Below are positions 13,854 through 27,255 of a stretch of 64,000 nucleotides of DNA, one piece after another. A model generated the notes under the pieces. That model was given only the letters and a program-made list of their open reading frames with translations, made no database searches and was not told where the DNA came from. The stretch lies in NCBI RefSeq assembly GCF_009914755.1, contig NC_060928.1, one strand, 5' to 3'. Positions within the stretch are counted from its first letter, which is position 1. The number at the start of each line of letters is the position of its first letter. The DNA comes from the human T2T-CHM13v2.0 reference genome, Homo sapiens. A program made the position numbers and the translations under genes.

Positions 13854-14134
13854 TTTTTTTTGGAGGGGACTGAGTCTCACTCTATTGCCCAGGCTGGAGT
13901 CAGTGACATGATCCTGCAACCTCTGTCTGCTGGGTTCAAGCGATTCTCCTGCCTTAGCCTCCCGAGTAGCTGGGATTACAGGCACCCACTACCATGCCCA
14001 GCTAATTTTTGTATTTTTAGTAGAGACGGGGTTTCACCTTGTTGGCCAGGCTGGTCTCGAACTCCTGACCTCAAGTGATCTGCTGGCCCCGGCCTCCCAA
14101 AGTGCTGGGATTACAGGCGTGAGCCACTGTGGCC
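13854..14134 (-). mobile_element. AluSx/Sz-like
   Basis: Antisense Alu with a small internal deletion. Flanking repeat ccttgatRtttaca. Confidence 0.94.
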
Positions 14135-16982
14135 CCTTGATATTTACATTTCAAAGAGATAGCTCCCAGGTCTTTGAGAAAAACATTCCTGAGGCATAAA
14201 GTTGACAAAAAGCCTATCGAGTTTTCAAAAGGATTTATATTCATTTCAAAGAGAGGAGAAAGAACTTACAATTGCAAATTTTCTAAAATAAATGCCTTAA
14301 GAAAATGGGAAGGGGGGGTAAATTTCTTTATTTTCAATAGAGAGGATTAAGCATCTTATTTTTAATTTGTATGTGTTCTTACATTACTCATGAGTAACAT
14401 TTTTGGAAACTGTCCTCTGGCACAATATCTGTTAACATATCTGAGTATTATGGCCCTCTTAACATAAAAAAAAAGCCTCATAACATCTCTCTATGATAGT
14501 AGTAGTATATTTAGTATCCATTTATTCAGAAAATATATACCGACCAAGCCTTGCTATGAATTCAGATACTCTTTAGATCAGTTTGTAGTTTATTAGTTGA
14601 AACATTTAAAACTAATAGTATCCATATGTGCAAAGCATACTAGTTAGTGCATAGTCATGCCATATTCCTTGAAATAACCTAACAGCCACCCATCATGGCT
14701 CAAGATATGAAAAATACTAATATTAACTAAAATAGCTTCTGATGAGCCAAACTTGTTCTTTTTTTTTTTTTTAAAGACACCTGAGCACTGAAGTTATTTA
14801 CTTGATTTGATTAACAAGGAATGAGCCTCAGAGCCTCATTTAGCTCTTCCTGATTCCAATTTACAGAGAATTTGGCAGGTCTGATTATCTGGTATGTCAG
14901 GTCACTGTAGGGAGAGTCTGTAACAGTCATTGAAACATTGGCCAAAAAAAAGTGTTAAGGATAAAATTATTACATTAGAAGTTGAGATTATGATTGAAAT
15001 TTATGGTAATAACATTGGATCTTTAAGAAGGACTAATATCCAGAAATTTTGCTAAGAATATAAGAACATGAGTAATACAAACAAACAGATTTTCTTTTCA
15101 AATCAATAGACCTTTTTTGGCGAGGGTCTGGGGAGACATTTGATGCTTAAAGGAACTTGCTCTTTAAGACCCACTCTGTATTAACACTTTCTTCCCCGGT
15201 TAGGAAACCTGCTTATTATGTGCTAAGTTGCTTGTTCAGTGAAACTTAAAATCAGGTATTTTGAATTGTGGAGTGAATATGGAGCCTTCTGTCTTAAACA
15301 GAGTTCCAGTATTTGCATGTTTAATGTGGATACCACAAGGATGGGAAATCAAGGTTGTGTCAGAGGCTGGGATTGTGGTGATGTTTGTGGAAGATTGTTT
15401 TTCAGAGCTCTGTTAGCAATCATCGGTCCTCAGACTTACCTTTGGGTTGGGGATTATTGGAAAGGAACTGTTGTGTAAATGTCCAGCAATTCTGATAAGA
15501 TCCCAATGCAGCGTGCAGAAAATACTGGTTCTTGGAGTGTAATATTTACCTAGTACTAGAATTATCTGCATTTATCAGCCAAAGTTCAGAGAAAAAAAAT
15601 TACTGCCTTAAAATCTTAAGCAAAAAGGAATTTGACACAGAGAAGTAGGTGCTTACCAAATTGTTAAAGACATTAGAGGAGTGGGTTTCAGACCCACTAC
15701 ATTAATTCCCCAAACATCATAGAACTGACTCCCCAAGTGAGCTGTTACCTCTGGCACCATCAGATGCTAGGAAATCAGGAGACTGCCTCTGGAACTATGG
15801 AGCTGAAGATCATATTACCATTGTGGTCATTAGAAGATCAGGAAGCTATTGCTCCTTCTCTTCACACATCCAGGTCCATATGTGTCTGTCCCACGTGGAT
15901 TCCACAGGTGTCCCACACTAGGGCTTCAGGGAAGCCCAGGGTAGTATAGTAAGGCAGGTGTCAGGTCATAGCAGCACAAATCTGGATGCTGAAGCAAAGG
16001 CTGGAATAAAAGTTGAGCCAAGAGGAGGTCAAGTGTAGTACAAGGGGTGTCCAACACAGGAACTCACATCCTAGCTACCCTCAAAGCCACTTCAGTGCTA
16101 AAGGCAGGCCTTCTCCTGGATGCCTGCAGAGCTACTGGAAAAAGGTCTTTGGTGTGGAGGAACCTAACTTTTCAAAACTTTTTAATCTGAAGACAATGAC
16201 AATTGGATATAAGAGTAAACTATGGTATTTTACTGGCATAACTTGAAGACCCTAAAACGTATCCAAACCCCTTGACTCTTCCCTATGATCACCCCAAAAC
16301 TGCCCTTTCAACAGTTTACCCCCTCTCAACAAATGGTACCAGCTTTTACTCAATTTCTCAGATCACACCTTGGAGCCTTGGTTGACCTCCTTGTTTTTCT
16401 CATATTCAATATCCAGTACAGGAGCAATCTTGTCTGTTGCATTTTTACAATGTATTCCAAACCCTCCACTGCACTGCCTCCGGCACTACCATGCTAGCCC
16501 AGGCAGCACCTCCTCCCCTGTGGATTATCCCAGCAGCTTCCTGACTATTCTTGTTTCCGCTTTTATCCTCTATAGACTGTTCTTTTCACAGTAGCCAGAG
16601 TGGGTACTTTAAAAAATGTTAAGCCATGTCATTTCTCTGGTCTCAACTGCTCTATCATTCCCATTAGATTTCAAATAAAACCCAAAGTCCTTTTTATGAT
16701 CTTGTTTCTACATGATCTGGGCCCTGTTTTAGTCTGTGGCCTCATTTCTTATCACTCTATCTCTTGCTCTCTGGTCTGTGCTTACTCTTACCTCCCTGAT
16801 AGTCCTCAGATGTGCCAGCAAGTTTCTAACTCAGGCCTTTACATTTGCAATTTCTACTTGGAGTTGAGAATTTCATTCTCACACTCAATTGATACTTCAG
16901 TTCAGATGTTAACCTCTCAAGGAGACTTCTCAGAACTCCTTCTTTAAAATAGTCCCTCATCATACTGTATTCTCTCTCTCTC

Positions 16983-17258
<276 letters not shown>

Positions 17259-17292
17259 TGTTGAATTTTTGTTCATAGAGCTGATTACCCAA

Positions 17293-17351
17293 TGTGTGTG
17301 TGCATGTGTGCATGTTTGTGTGTGTGTGCATGTGTGTGTGTGTGCATGTGT
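17293..17351. repeat. Imperfect (TG)n/(TGCA) microsatellite
   Basis: tgtgtgtgtgcatgtgtgcatgtttgtgtgtgtgtgcatgtg... Confidence 0.9.
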
Positions 17352-17989
17352 AAATTCCTTATTTATTGTCTGTTTCATTCACTGAAATATTTGCTACATG
17401 AGGGCAGGAACTATGTTGAATTTATCATCCTATTTCCAGTGTCTATAATGGTTCTTGGCACATAAGTGTTCAATAAATGTTGTTAAATTAATAACTGAAT
17501 TAAATCAGATCAAATTGGTGTTTGGTTTTTCTGACAATAGATTTCCCTTTAAATGTTATGCTGTCCAGAAGCTACTAGTTAACAGAAAAAAGAAAATAAC
17601 ATTTCTGTAGTATTTGACAGTGTAAATTCACTCCATACAACTATAACCAAATCATTTACTTATGTTCATTTCATAGTCTATTGAAGGACATCTGGGAGTG
17701 CAGTAATGTAACGACCTAGTCTGGTGAATACTTCTTCAGAGTCCCAGGATACTCTTCAAAGTCCTAAAGTTATCTAGCCATCAAGTTGGAGGCTGAGCTT
17801 GGATTGTGGAGGACATTTTAGAACCCTCTGTTGAAAATGACATTCATCATTTCCAATACCTCATTGACCAAAATTTAATCTTATGGCCCCGCTTAACTCT
17901 AAGGGAGGCTGGAAAATATAATTTAGCTGTATTCCCAGGAGGAAACGTAACTGTATTAACTCTGTCAAAATAGGTATATGCATGATATT

Positions 17990-18135
17990 CTTTAATGCTT
18001 AAAAATCTCTGAATGATAAGTACTGCATCATCATTTACAGATGAAAAAATCTGACCCTCAGAGAGGTTGAGCTACACAACCAAAGTCATACGGCTAATGA
18101 TTATGTGGCAAAGCCAGGGCTTCACTCCAGGTCTC
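17990..18135 (-). mobile_element. MIR
   Basis: catttacagatgaaaaaatctgaccctcagagaggttg core. Confidence 0.7.
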
Positions 18136-19424
18136 CTATGATTTTCTCTGTCATTTGGGTAATGGGAATTCCATACATAGTACCAGTCATTTTGATGAGA
18201 CTGACTTTGCTAATCATTTTATTTATGCTTACACATCACTTAAGAATGCACATATGCCTTGGACTTGAATGACTTTTATTATGTTTGTTAACATAGTATG
18301 ATTATTCTTTATAGTTCGGCCTTATTCACTCTGTCTTCTTTGATCTGTTCCCACTCCTGCTTAGCAATCGCAGTATCTCAGTACTTTTCAAAAATTACAA
18401 AAAAAAGCAACACAACTTTTGTTCTACTTTTCAGTCAGCTTGGATGATGTATTAAAAATCTTCATTGATGGCAAGAAATACATAGTTGTATTGATTAATG
18501 TTTCTGATTTATTTCATTTGAATGACTCCCACTTTGACAGAGACATGAATTCTACTTGATTGCCTCTAGTTGCTAAACACCGATTACTTGGAAAGAATGT
18601 TGTCCCTATGAATAGATAATAATTAAGCAGAACATCAATAAAATAAGAGATTCAACTTGAACCAGTGGAAGAGTAAGATGTAGCTCTAAGCCTACACACA
18701 GATTTCATAGAAAACATTGCAGGGGGGCCTTGTTTACATGAAATCTCTGTTACTACATGCTGACCCTCATCCTTGTAGGTGCAGAAACTTTATGTCATCA
18801 GTGTAGCCTCAGATGAGTAGACACCTCAAAACCTCACTCACCAAATACTTCACAAGCCATTGATGACTCAAACAGAATCCTAATTGTTCACTTATGATCA
18901 AATGTGTGACAGCCAGTGACTAGAGCACTCGTTTCCTTTATCTAGGTCACCGCCTCCTGCTTTCAAGGTATCTAGGAAACCAAATTATAAACCTGCTGAT
19001 TCCATGGCAAGCAAGAATTATGAAATATGATTAGGGACATTTTGTCCAGGAACTGTTAAGACTTGACAAAATACTTCCATACCACAAAATCAGACACACA
19101 AAGTAAAACAAAACCAACAATAACTCTTTCCTAGGGAAAGAAAAACTCCTGTACACTAGACATATTATTTCCATACCCTGAAGATAGTTGAATAAAGGCA
19201 TGACCAAATTAATTTTGTCTCTCTGAACATTTTCTGAGATTCATATATTTTATCCAGGAAACATATTCTTTATACTAGAAAGAATCTGTTAACATATTCT
19301 TTCTTCAGGGAGATCACAAACTTTGATTAGACCACAGAGTCTTCTACAACAAAAATTGTTTTCAGAGTAGCATTATTTTTAGTGGAAAGAACATAGAATA
19401 TTTTCATGGAAAGGGAATATAAAT

Positions 19425-19622
19425 TTAGGCAAATCTAGGATTAAACACATATAACAGCTGCTTATCTAATGAATAATTTCATGTAAGTTACTTAACCCTG
19501 CTAAGAATCAATTATCTCTGAAAATAGTATCTACCTTTCAGGGTTTTTCTGCAAATTAGAGACAACAGATATTAACTACCTGGCATATAGTAGGTGTTTA
19601 ATACATTATAGTCATTATTATT
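19425..19622 (+). mobile_element. MIR
   Basis: aagttacttaacc...tatctacct..cagggtt...cctggcatatagtaggtgtttaata. Confidence 0.65.
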
Positions 19623-19746
19623 AGAGTTTTTGGGACTTCTTCCCAGTATTAATTGTGGTGACATTCTCTTTAAAATAGTTCTGCAAATAGCTAATTTCAT
19701 TCAATACATGTGGTTTTTATACATTTAACTCTTATAAGGTAATCTT

Positions 19747-21837
19747 CTTTTTTCTTTTTTTTTTTAGGTCAGATTTATTGAGGTCTGATTTATGGATAGT
19801 AAAATTTACCCCATTTAGGTGTAGAGTTGATGATCCTGGTCAAAGACATGTAGCCCTGTAATCAAGACTACAACGAAGATATAGCACATTTCATCACCCC
19901 AAACTCTCCTTAGTGCCACTTTGTAGTCAGTCTCTTCCCCTAATACTTGCCTCTGGCAACCATTGGTGTGGTCTAGTTTTGCCACTTCTAGAATGTTATA
20001 TAAGTTACAGTTTACACTATATAATTTTTAAAATCTGGCTTATTTCACTTAGCACAATGCTTTTGCAATATATCCACATTGTGTATCAGTAGTTCAATCT
20101 ATTACCAAGTAGTATTATATTTTGTGAACATGAAACAATTTGTTTATCCATTTACCAGTTGATGACATTTGGGTTGTTTTTAGTCTTTGTCAATTATGGA
20201 TAAAGCTACTATAAACATTCATGTATAGTGGTTTTTGTTGTTGTTGTTTGTTTTTTGAGACAAACAACACTTTGAGACTCACTTTGTTGCCCAGGCTGAA
20301 AGGCAGTGGCAGATCATAGCTCACTGCAGCTTCAAACTCCTAGGGTCAAATGATCATCCCACCTCAACCTTCTGAGTAGCTGGGACTACAGGTGAGAGAC
20401 AACACGCCCGGCTCAACATTTACATATATTCTTTCTGTAGACACATATTTTCATTTCACTTAAGTAAATATCTAGGAGTGGGATAGCTGGCTAATATGCG
20501 TGTATAGTTCACTTAAAAATATATCATATTTTTTTCCATAGTGGTTGTACCATTTTGCATTACCACTAGCAACATGAGAGTTTCAGTTACTCCACATTTG
20601 TACTAGCCCTTGATATTGTCAGTTTTTTCTTTCATTATTCCTTTAAAAAATCCTCGATTTTCTATTACGTGTATAGTGGTATCTCATTGCAGTATTAATT
20701 TATACTTCTCTTATTTTTAATGATATTGAGCATCCTGTTATGCACTTATCTGCCATTGGTATCTTTTCTTGGTGAAGTGTCTATTTAAATTATTTGCCCA
20801 CTTTAAAAATTGTGTTTTTTGTTTCTTATAATTGAATTTTAAAAGTTTTAAAAATATATTTTAGATACAAGTCCTTTATGTGTTTCGTGAATTTTTCTTC
20901 CAGTCTATAGTTTGTCTTTCACTTTTTTGGCAATGCTTTCCAAAGAGCAGTAGTCCTTAATTTTAATCAAGTCCAATTTAGCAATTTTTTTTCTTTTATG
21001 GCTCATGCTTTTTGTATCATATCTAAGAAAGCTTTGCCTTGCCCATGGTTGTGAGCAATTTTTTCTATGTTTTCTCTCAGAAGCTTTATAGTTTTAGATT
21101 TTATATTTAGGTGTATGATCATGTTGAGTTAATTTTGTATATGATATCTGGTAAAGTTTGATGTTCAAGATTTTGCATATAGGGGACCAATTGTTGGAGT
21201 AACATTTATTGAAGAGACTATCTTTTCTCTATTGTATTACCTTGGGCCTTTGTCAAAATTCAATTGATATGTAGGTTGAATTTCTGGACTCTTTATTCTG
21301 TTCTATTAATCTATATGCCCTTATGTCAATACCACATTCTCTTGATTATTATAGCTTTATAAGATGTGTTGAAACCAGGTGGTGAGAGTCCTCAAACTTT
21401 GTTTCTCCAAAATTATTTTGGCTATTCTAAGTCCTTTGCTTTTCTCTACAAATTTTATAGTCATCTAATCAATGTCTACAAAAAAAATCAGGCTGAAATT
21501 TTTATTGGGATTGCATTAAATTGATAAATCACATTGAAGAGAATTGATCTTTTAACAGTATTGGGTTTTTCCTACCTATGAGCACATACCTTTGTCCATT
21601 TACTTAGGTGTTCTTTAATTTTTTCATCATTGTTTTGTGATTTTTAGCATTCAAATAGTTCACATGTTTTGTTAAATTCATCCCTAAGTATTTTATGATT
21701 TTTGATGCTATTATAGATGGCATTTTATTTACATTTAATTTCCAAATGTTTATGCCTAATTTATAGAAACACAATTGACTTTTGTATTCTGACTTGTATT
21801 TTTCAGCTTAGCTAAACTCACATATAATTCTATTAGA
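19747..21837 (-). mobile_element. L1MB-like 3' portion
   Basis: Poly-T, then tttattgaggt...catttcatcacccc 3' UTR and antisense ORF2 (ttgggattgcattaaattga). Confidence 0.85.
20231..20413 (-). mobile_element. Alu monomer (FRAM / AluJ right arm)
   Basis: gttgcccaggctg..cagtggcagatcatagctcactgcagc...acgcccggc; a single arm only. Confidence 0.85.
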
Positions 21838-21838
21838 A

Positions 21839-23639
21839 TTTTTTTTTTTTATACTTTAAGTTCTGGGGTACATGTGCAGAATGTCCAGGTTTGTTACATA
21901 GATATACATGTGACATGGTGGTTTGCTGCACCCATCAACCCATCATCTACATTATATATTTCTCCTAATGCTATCCGTCTCCTTGCCCCCCCGCCAACAG
22001 GCCCCAGTGTTTGATGTTCCCCTCCCTGTGCCCATATGTTGTCATTGTTTAACTCCCACTTAGGCTTGTCTGTAAAGGATTTTATTTCTCCTTCACTTAT
22101 GAAGCTTAGTTTGGCTGGATAGGAAATTCTGGGTTGAAAATACTTTTCTTTAAGAATGTTGAATATTGGCCCCCACTCTCTTCTGGCTTGTAGGGTTTCT
22201 GCTGAGAGATCTGATGTTAGTCTGATGGGCTTCCCTTTGTGGGTAACCCGACCTTTCTCTCTGGCTGCCCTTAACATTTTTTCCTTCATTTCAACCTTGT
22301 TGAATCTGACAATTATGTGTCTTGGGGTTGCTCTTCTCAAGGAGTATCTTTGTGGTGTTCTCTGTATTTCCAGAATTTGAATGTTGGCCTGTCTTGCTAA
22401 GTTGGGGAAGTTCTCCTGGATAATGTCCTGAAGAGTGCTTTCCAACTTGGTTCCATTCTCCCCATCACTTTCAGGTACGCTAATCAAATGTAGGTTTGAT
22501 CTTTTCACATAGTCTTATATTTCTTGGAGGCTTTGTTCGTTCCTTTCATTCTTTTTTCCCTAACCTTGTCTTCATGCTTTATTTCATTAAGTTGATTGTC
22601 AATCTCTGTTATCTTTTCTTCCCCTTGATCGATTCGGCTATTGATATTTGTGTTTGCTTCACAACGTTCTCGTGCTGTGTTTTTCAGCTCCATCAGGTCA
22701 TTTATGTTCTTCTCTAAACTGGTTTTTCTAGTGAGCAGTTCCTCTAACATTTTTTCAAGGTTCTTAGCTTCCTTGCATTGGGTTAGAACACGCTCCTTTA
22801 GCTCGGAGGAGTTTGTTATTACCCACCTTCTGAAGCCTACTTCTGTCAATTCATCAAACTCATTCTCCGTCCAGTTTTGTTCCCTTGCTGAAGAGGAGTT
22901 GTGATCCTTTGGAGGAGAAGAGGCATTCTGGTTTTGGAATTTTCAGCCTTTTTGCACTGGTTTTTCCTCATCTTCGTGGATTTATCTACCTTTGGTCTTT
23001 GATGTTGGTGACCTTCGGATGGAGTTTTTGCGTGGTCATCCTCTTTGTTGATGTTGATGCTATTGCTTTCTGTTTGTCAGTTTTCCTTCTAACAGTCAGG
23101 CCACTCTTCTGCAGGTCTGCTGGAGTTTGCTGGGGTTCCACTCCAGACCCTGTTTGCCTGGGTATCACCAGCAGAGGCTGCAGAACAGTAAAGATTGCTG
23201 CCTGCTCCTTCCTCTGGAAGCTTTGTACCAGAGGGGCACCCACCAGATGCCAGACGGAGCTCTCCTGTATGAGGTGTCTGTCGACCCCCGCTGGGAGATG
23301 TCTCCCTGTCAGGAGGCACAGGGGTCAGGGACCCCTTTGAGGAGACAGTCTGTCCCTTAGCAGAGCTTGAGCGCTGTGCTGGGAGATCCGCTGCTCTCGT
23401 CAGAACCAGCAGGCCAGAACGTTTAAGTGCTGAAGCTGGGCCCACAGCCAACCCTGCCCCTAGCTGCTCTGTCCCAGGGAGATGGGAGTTTGATCTATAA
23501 GCCCCTGACTGGGGCTGGTGCCTTTCTTTCAGAGATGTCCTGTCCAAAGAGGAGGAATCTAGAGAGGCGAGAGGCACTCTGGCTACAGCAGCTTTGCCAA
23601 ACTGCGGTGGGCTCCACCCAGTTTGAACTTCCCGGTGTG
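21839..23639 (-). mobile_element. L1PA7-like element: partial 5' UTR, ORF1, 3' UTR and poly(A), with ORF2 entirely missing
   Basis: Poly-T and 3' UTR at 21839-22062 abut the end of ORF1 (ggcttgtctgtaaaggattttatttc). ORF1 ATG at 22971. 5' UTR extends to about 23639. Confidence 0.92.
22063..22971 (-). pseudogene. Frameshifted L1 ORF1p coding sequence
   Basis: ORF track pieces ELKERVLTQCKEAKNLEK and LQDIIQENFPNLARQANIQI...YPAKLSFISEGEIKSFTDK are L1 ORF1p. At least two frameshifts (ATG at 22971 is out of frame with the 22849 ORF; second break near 22505). C-terminus lost. Confidence 0.9.
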
Positions 23640-24689
23640 TTTCCTATCCTCAGCAGCACATTTGTCTTGCCTAAAGCTCCAATTTATATTTCAATCCAGT
23701 TAACACAACGTCATCCATATAGTTAGCCAGCGTGATGTTCTGTGGAATGTTTGTGTGGCTCAAATCACTTTGGATTATACTTTGAAAGAGACCAAGAGAA
23801 TTTCTGTAGTCTTGGGGAAAGACCATACTGCATACTATTGTCCATTCTATGTGAATGTGAACTGTTTTTTGTCTTCCTTATTGATAAGAATGGAAAATAG
23901 TGCATTCATCAAATAAGTGGCCACATAAAACGTGCTGGTGGCTGTGTTAATTTGTTCTAGCGTAGAGTATATCTGATATAGAAGCTGCAATTTGGGCTTC
24001 TACTTGGTTGAGTTTCTGGATTTATTTAATTTTTGCAGGGACCAGACTTTTAAATTAAGTAGGATATGATGAGGGCTAATACCTCCACATATTTTATATC
24101 ATAAATATTTCACTAATCTCATAGATACTTTTATGACATGTTATTATTTTGACTGTATTTACTATTCTACTACTATGTTTACTATGTTGGTCAGAAGTGG
24201 AGGGGCAATTTCAGAGGCTTCCATTTAACCTTTCCCTCTGTTATTTCTGTTACACCACAGCTCAAGGAACTGATTCTACTGACTACCAACTATAACTAGC
24301 ACAATTATACATTTAGGAACTGGAAAATAATTTTTGTGTGATCATAACTACAAGCTGAGCCAGCCCTAGGACAACATTTATTACCTAGAAACATGTGTTT
24401 GTATTCTTTTATGGGGCAAAGGTGACACTTTTCCTTGGTTATCCATGCTACTATAAATGCTGTATACTGACATTCTCAAAATATTTGGAGGTATTCTCTT
24501 TTTCCCAATGTATGATTAACCAAATAAATGGCTGTAGGTTCCTTTAGGAAAAGACTGGGGAAGTTACTAGTGAATATACTTGTCATGGTTTTGCATGGTG
24601 CTTCCTTAAAGAAACCTAGGATTTTCTTTAGTTAGTGAGTTCTGGGTCTGACAATGGGCTCAAGTCCAGAAATTCTGCATGGGTTCAAT

Positions 24690-24980
24690 TATATTTTTAA
24701 ATATTTCATTATGATTGATTTTTAAACATATTGCTATAAATTTTATCAAAATATAGAAAAGTTGAAAGAATTACGTGGTGAATAACCATGAGCTCATCAC
24801 CTAGATTCTACAATTAACATTTTGCTATAATTATTTATTAAATATTTAACCATCTTCTGTTCATCCCTCTAACAGTTCATCAAATAGTATTTTGATGCTT
24901 TCAAAGTAATTTGCTTCATCAGTACACTTCATTCTTAAACATTCCCGAATGTGTTTCCTCATCTAGAGTTTAACATTTGT
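24690..24980 (-). mobile_element. Old L1M (MC/ME) 3' fragment
   Basis: agaaaagttgaaagaat...catcacctagattctacaattaacattttgcta. Confidence 0.5.
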
Positions 24981-25989
24981 GTTGTGTTAAGACTTCTTTC
25001 CAAAATACAGTTCCAAGCAAACCCATAGAGTAGGGAATTTACTGTCACATTATCCTCTTCATTTCCCTTTTGTGAATATCTCCACTGTTCCTATTGGCTG
25101 GTAAAGGGTTTTACAAATCTATATACTTAGAAAGCAAGAGTATACAAAACAGAGTATCAAAAACAAATGCTACTTTTGTCTCAGAGCAAAACTCTTACTG
25201 TAAAATAAAATAATAATGAAGTAAACTATTCTTTATATTTACATTGACCAGCTTGACAAGCAAAGAAGATCATTTCTAACATGACGAAATGCATCTTTGT
25301 TTTTATTTGAGTGAGATCTTAGTTTTCTTTGATGTTTAACAAAATTGTGAAGCCCATTTTTTTAGATTTGTCAAATTATAAAGATTAGTGAATATTAAAG
25401 AGAAATAGTTGCCTTTGAAGTAAAACCATGTTTATGCTTATTGATCATCCACAGGTTAAAACAAATAATGTAGGCAAAGTAGACTGATGAATTTTGGGGG
25501 TTTTGCATATAAGATTTTCTTTTTAATGTGGTTTGTTAAATAAAAGAGACAGAAATCTCCTTCCTCCTCAAAATAATATAAAACAACAGGAAAGTAATGA
25601 CAACAATAAGAATAGAAACAAAGAGATTTATAGTGTCCTTACTTAGATTTATCTTTTATCCCAAGTTCTCTCTCATAATACTGACTCTTTTCTCCATGTC
25701 CAATTTATATGCGACTTGAGGAGATGATATGACATAGAGTAGAATAAGAACCATATATTAATGTAGACAAAGATTTGCAAAATGGTTTTACTATTTCTCT
25801 CCTGTGTATTTGAGTAAGCCTCATATTGATAAACTTCGTTTTTCTTTTCCAAAAAATGGCAGAAACTAATGCCTTGTTTAAAGTATACTTTTGAAAATGT
25901 TACACAGTGGGGTAATTCCTAGCATCATGGATCATGTTATGCAGAAGACATTTACTGGGGAGGTATTATATTCAGACACTCTGATGTAT

Positions 25990-26900
25990 CACAAAAATAT
26001 AAAGACAGTAAGTCTCTAACCTAAAGGTACTTACTGTTTAAGAAAAAAAAAATGAAGAAAACCAATAGTTAATATACTACGCAATAATGTTAATATTATA
26101 AGAAAATAAGACACTGAATGGTAAAGAACTAAAGAGAGAGTGTGATGAGTAATACCCAATCCAGCCTTGGGGTTAAGAATATGGGAGGGAAATTGGAGAA
26201 AGGAAAATTGACTTCCTTTCAAGAGGAAGTCAGCTTTGAGTTACTTCTTAAATAATGAAATATCTAAAGTTGGGTGGATGAGAGAGAGGGATGTTACAGA
26301 AAGAAACACACCTGATGTATAAACATACAGAAGTAGAGCATGGTTTATTTGGGAGTTTTGTGTGACTGATACAAAAAGCACATGTGGGGCAGTGAGATAA
26401 AGAGTGAGAGAAATAGGCAGGACCCATATGATAAAGGATTTTGCAAGCTTTGATAAGAATTTGAGCTTTAAGCTAGAGGCCACGAGATACCATTAAAAAG
26501 TTAAAACAAGGACATTGTAAGAATTTTAGGAAGATCAGTACATTATCCAGACACAGTGGTGAAAATGAAATTGAAGAAGCTAGTTATGATTTTATCACAG
26601 TAGTATAAGCACTCTAATTTAATGAAGTGGTAGTGAATGTGGTAATTGCGGAAATTTACATTGTATTTAAGAGATACAACGTATAGGACTTTGTAACTAA
26701 GTGGACATGGATAATGATGAATTAGAATTAAGAAAGATTCAGACTTTGGGCTTCTGGGTTTGAAGGATGGTGAAACCATTCCTCGATATAGAAAACCCAG
26801 AAAGAGTGGTAGATTTCAAGAGGAACATAATAATTTCTTCTTTAGATATATTGAGTTTGAAGTTTTATATGGCATTGAAGTGCAAAAATAGTGGGAATTA
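25990..26900 (-). mobile_element. L2 fragment
   Basis: taggcaggacccatatgataaaggattttgcaagc; tgggtttgaaggatggtgaaaccatt; gagtttgaagt. Confidence 0.65.
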
Positions 26901-26921
26901 TAAGTGTAAATATATTCCCTA

Positions 26922-27255
26922 CAGATGTTCCTTAAACAACCAAGTGTGAACTGTGTGGGTTCACTTAGATGAGGAGTTTCTTCTGCCTCTGCCACCCCTG
27001 AGACAGCAAGACCAACTTCTCTTCCTCTTCCCCGTTAGCCTATTGAACGTGGAGGCCACAAGGATGAAGATCTTAATGGTGATCCACTTCCACTTAATAA
27101 ATAGTAAATATATTCTCTCTTTCTCATGATTTTTAAATAACATTTTTTCTCTAGCTTACTCTATTGTAAAAATACAGTATATAATAAATAGAATATATAA
27201 AATATATGTTAATTGTTTATGTGATTGTTAAGGCTTTTGGTTAAAAATAGGCTAT
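26922..27255 (+). mobile_element. Tigger2a-like DNA transposon (3' part missing)
   Basis: TA then cag...tgaactgtgtgggttcactta..ttcttctgcctctgccacccctgagacagcaagaccaac. Confidence 0.88.

Larger units (their letters stand above)
12974..14383 (-). mobile_element. ERV1-class solo LTR (MER67-like) hosting a THE1 LTR and an Alu
   Basis: TG...CA termini with 4-bp TSD TTAC (12970-12973 and 14384-14387). Minus-strand poly(A) signal near 13055. Subfamily from recall. Confidence 0.7.

Noticed and set aside
16600-16947. 115-aa ORF
   Set aside because: GTG start within degenerate L2 sequence, with no recognisable domain.
21894-22508. 204-aa ORF as a functional gene
   Set aside because: It is a frameshift-isolated L1 ORF1p fragment that lacks its N-terminus and runs into the 3' UTR.
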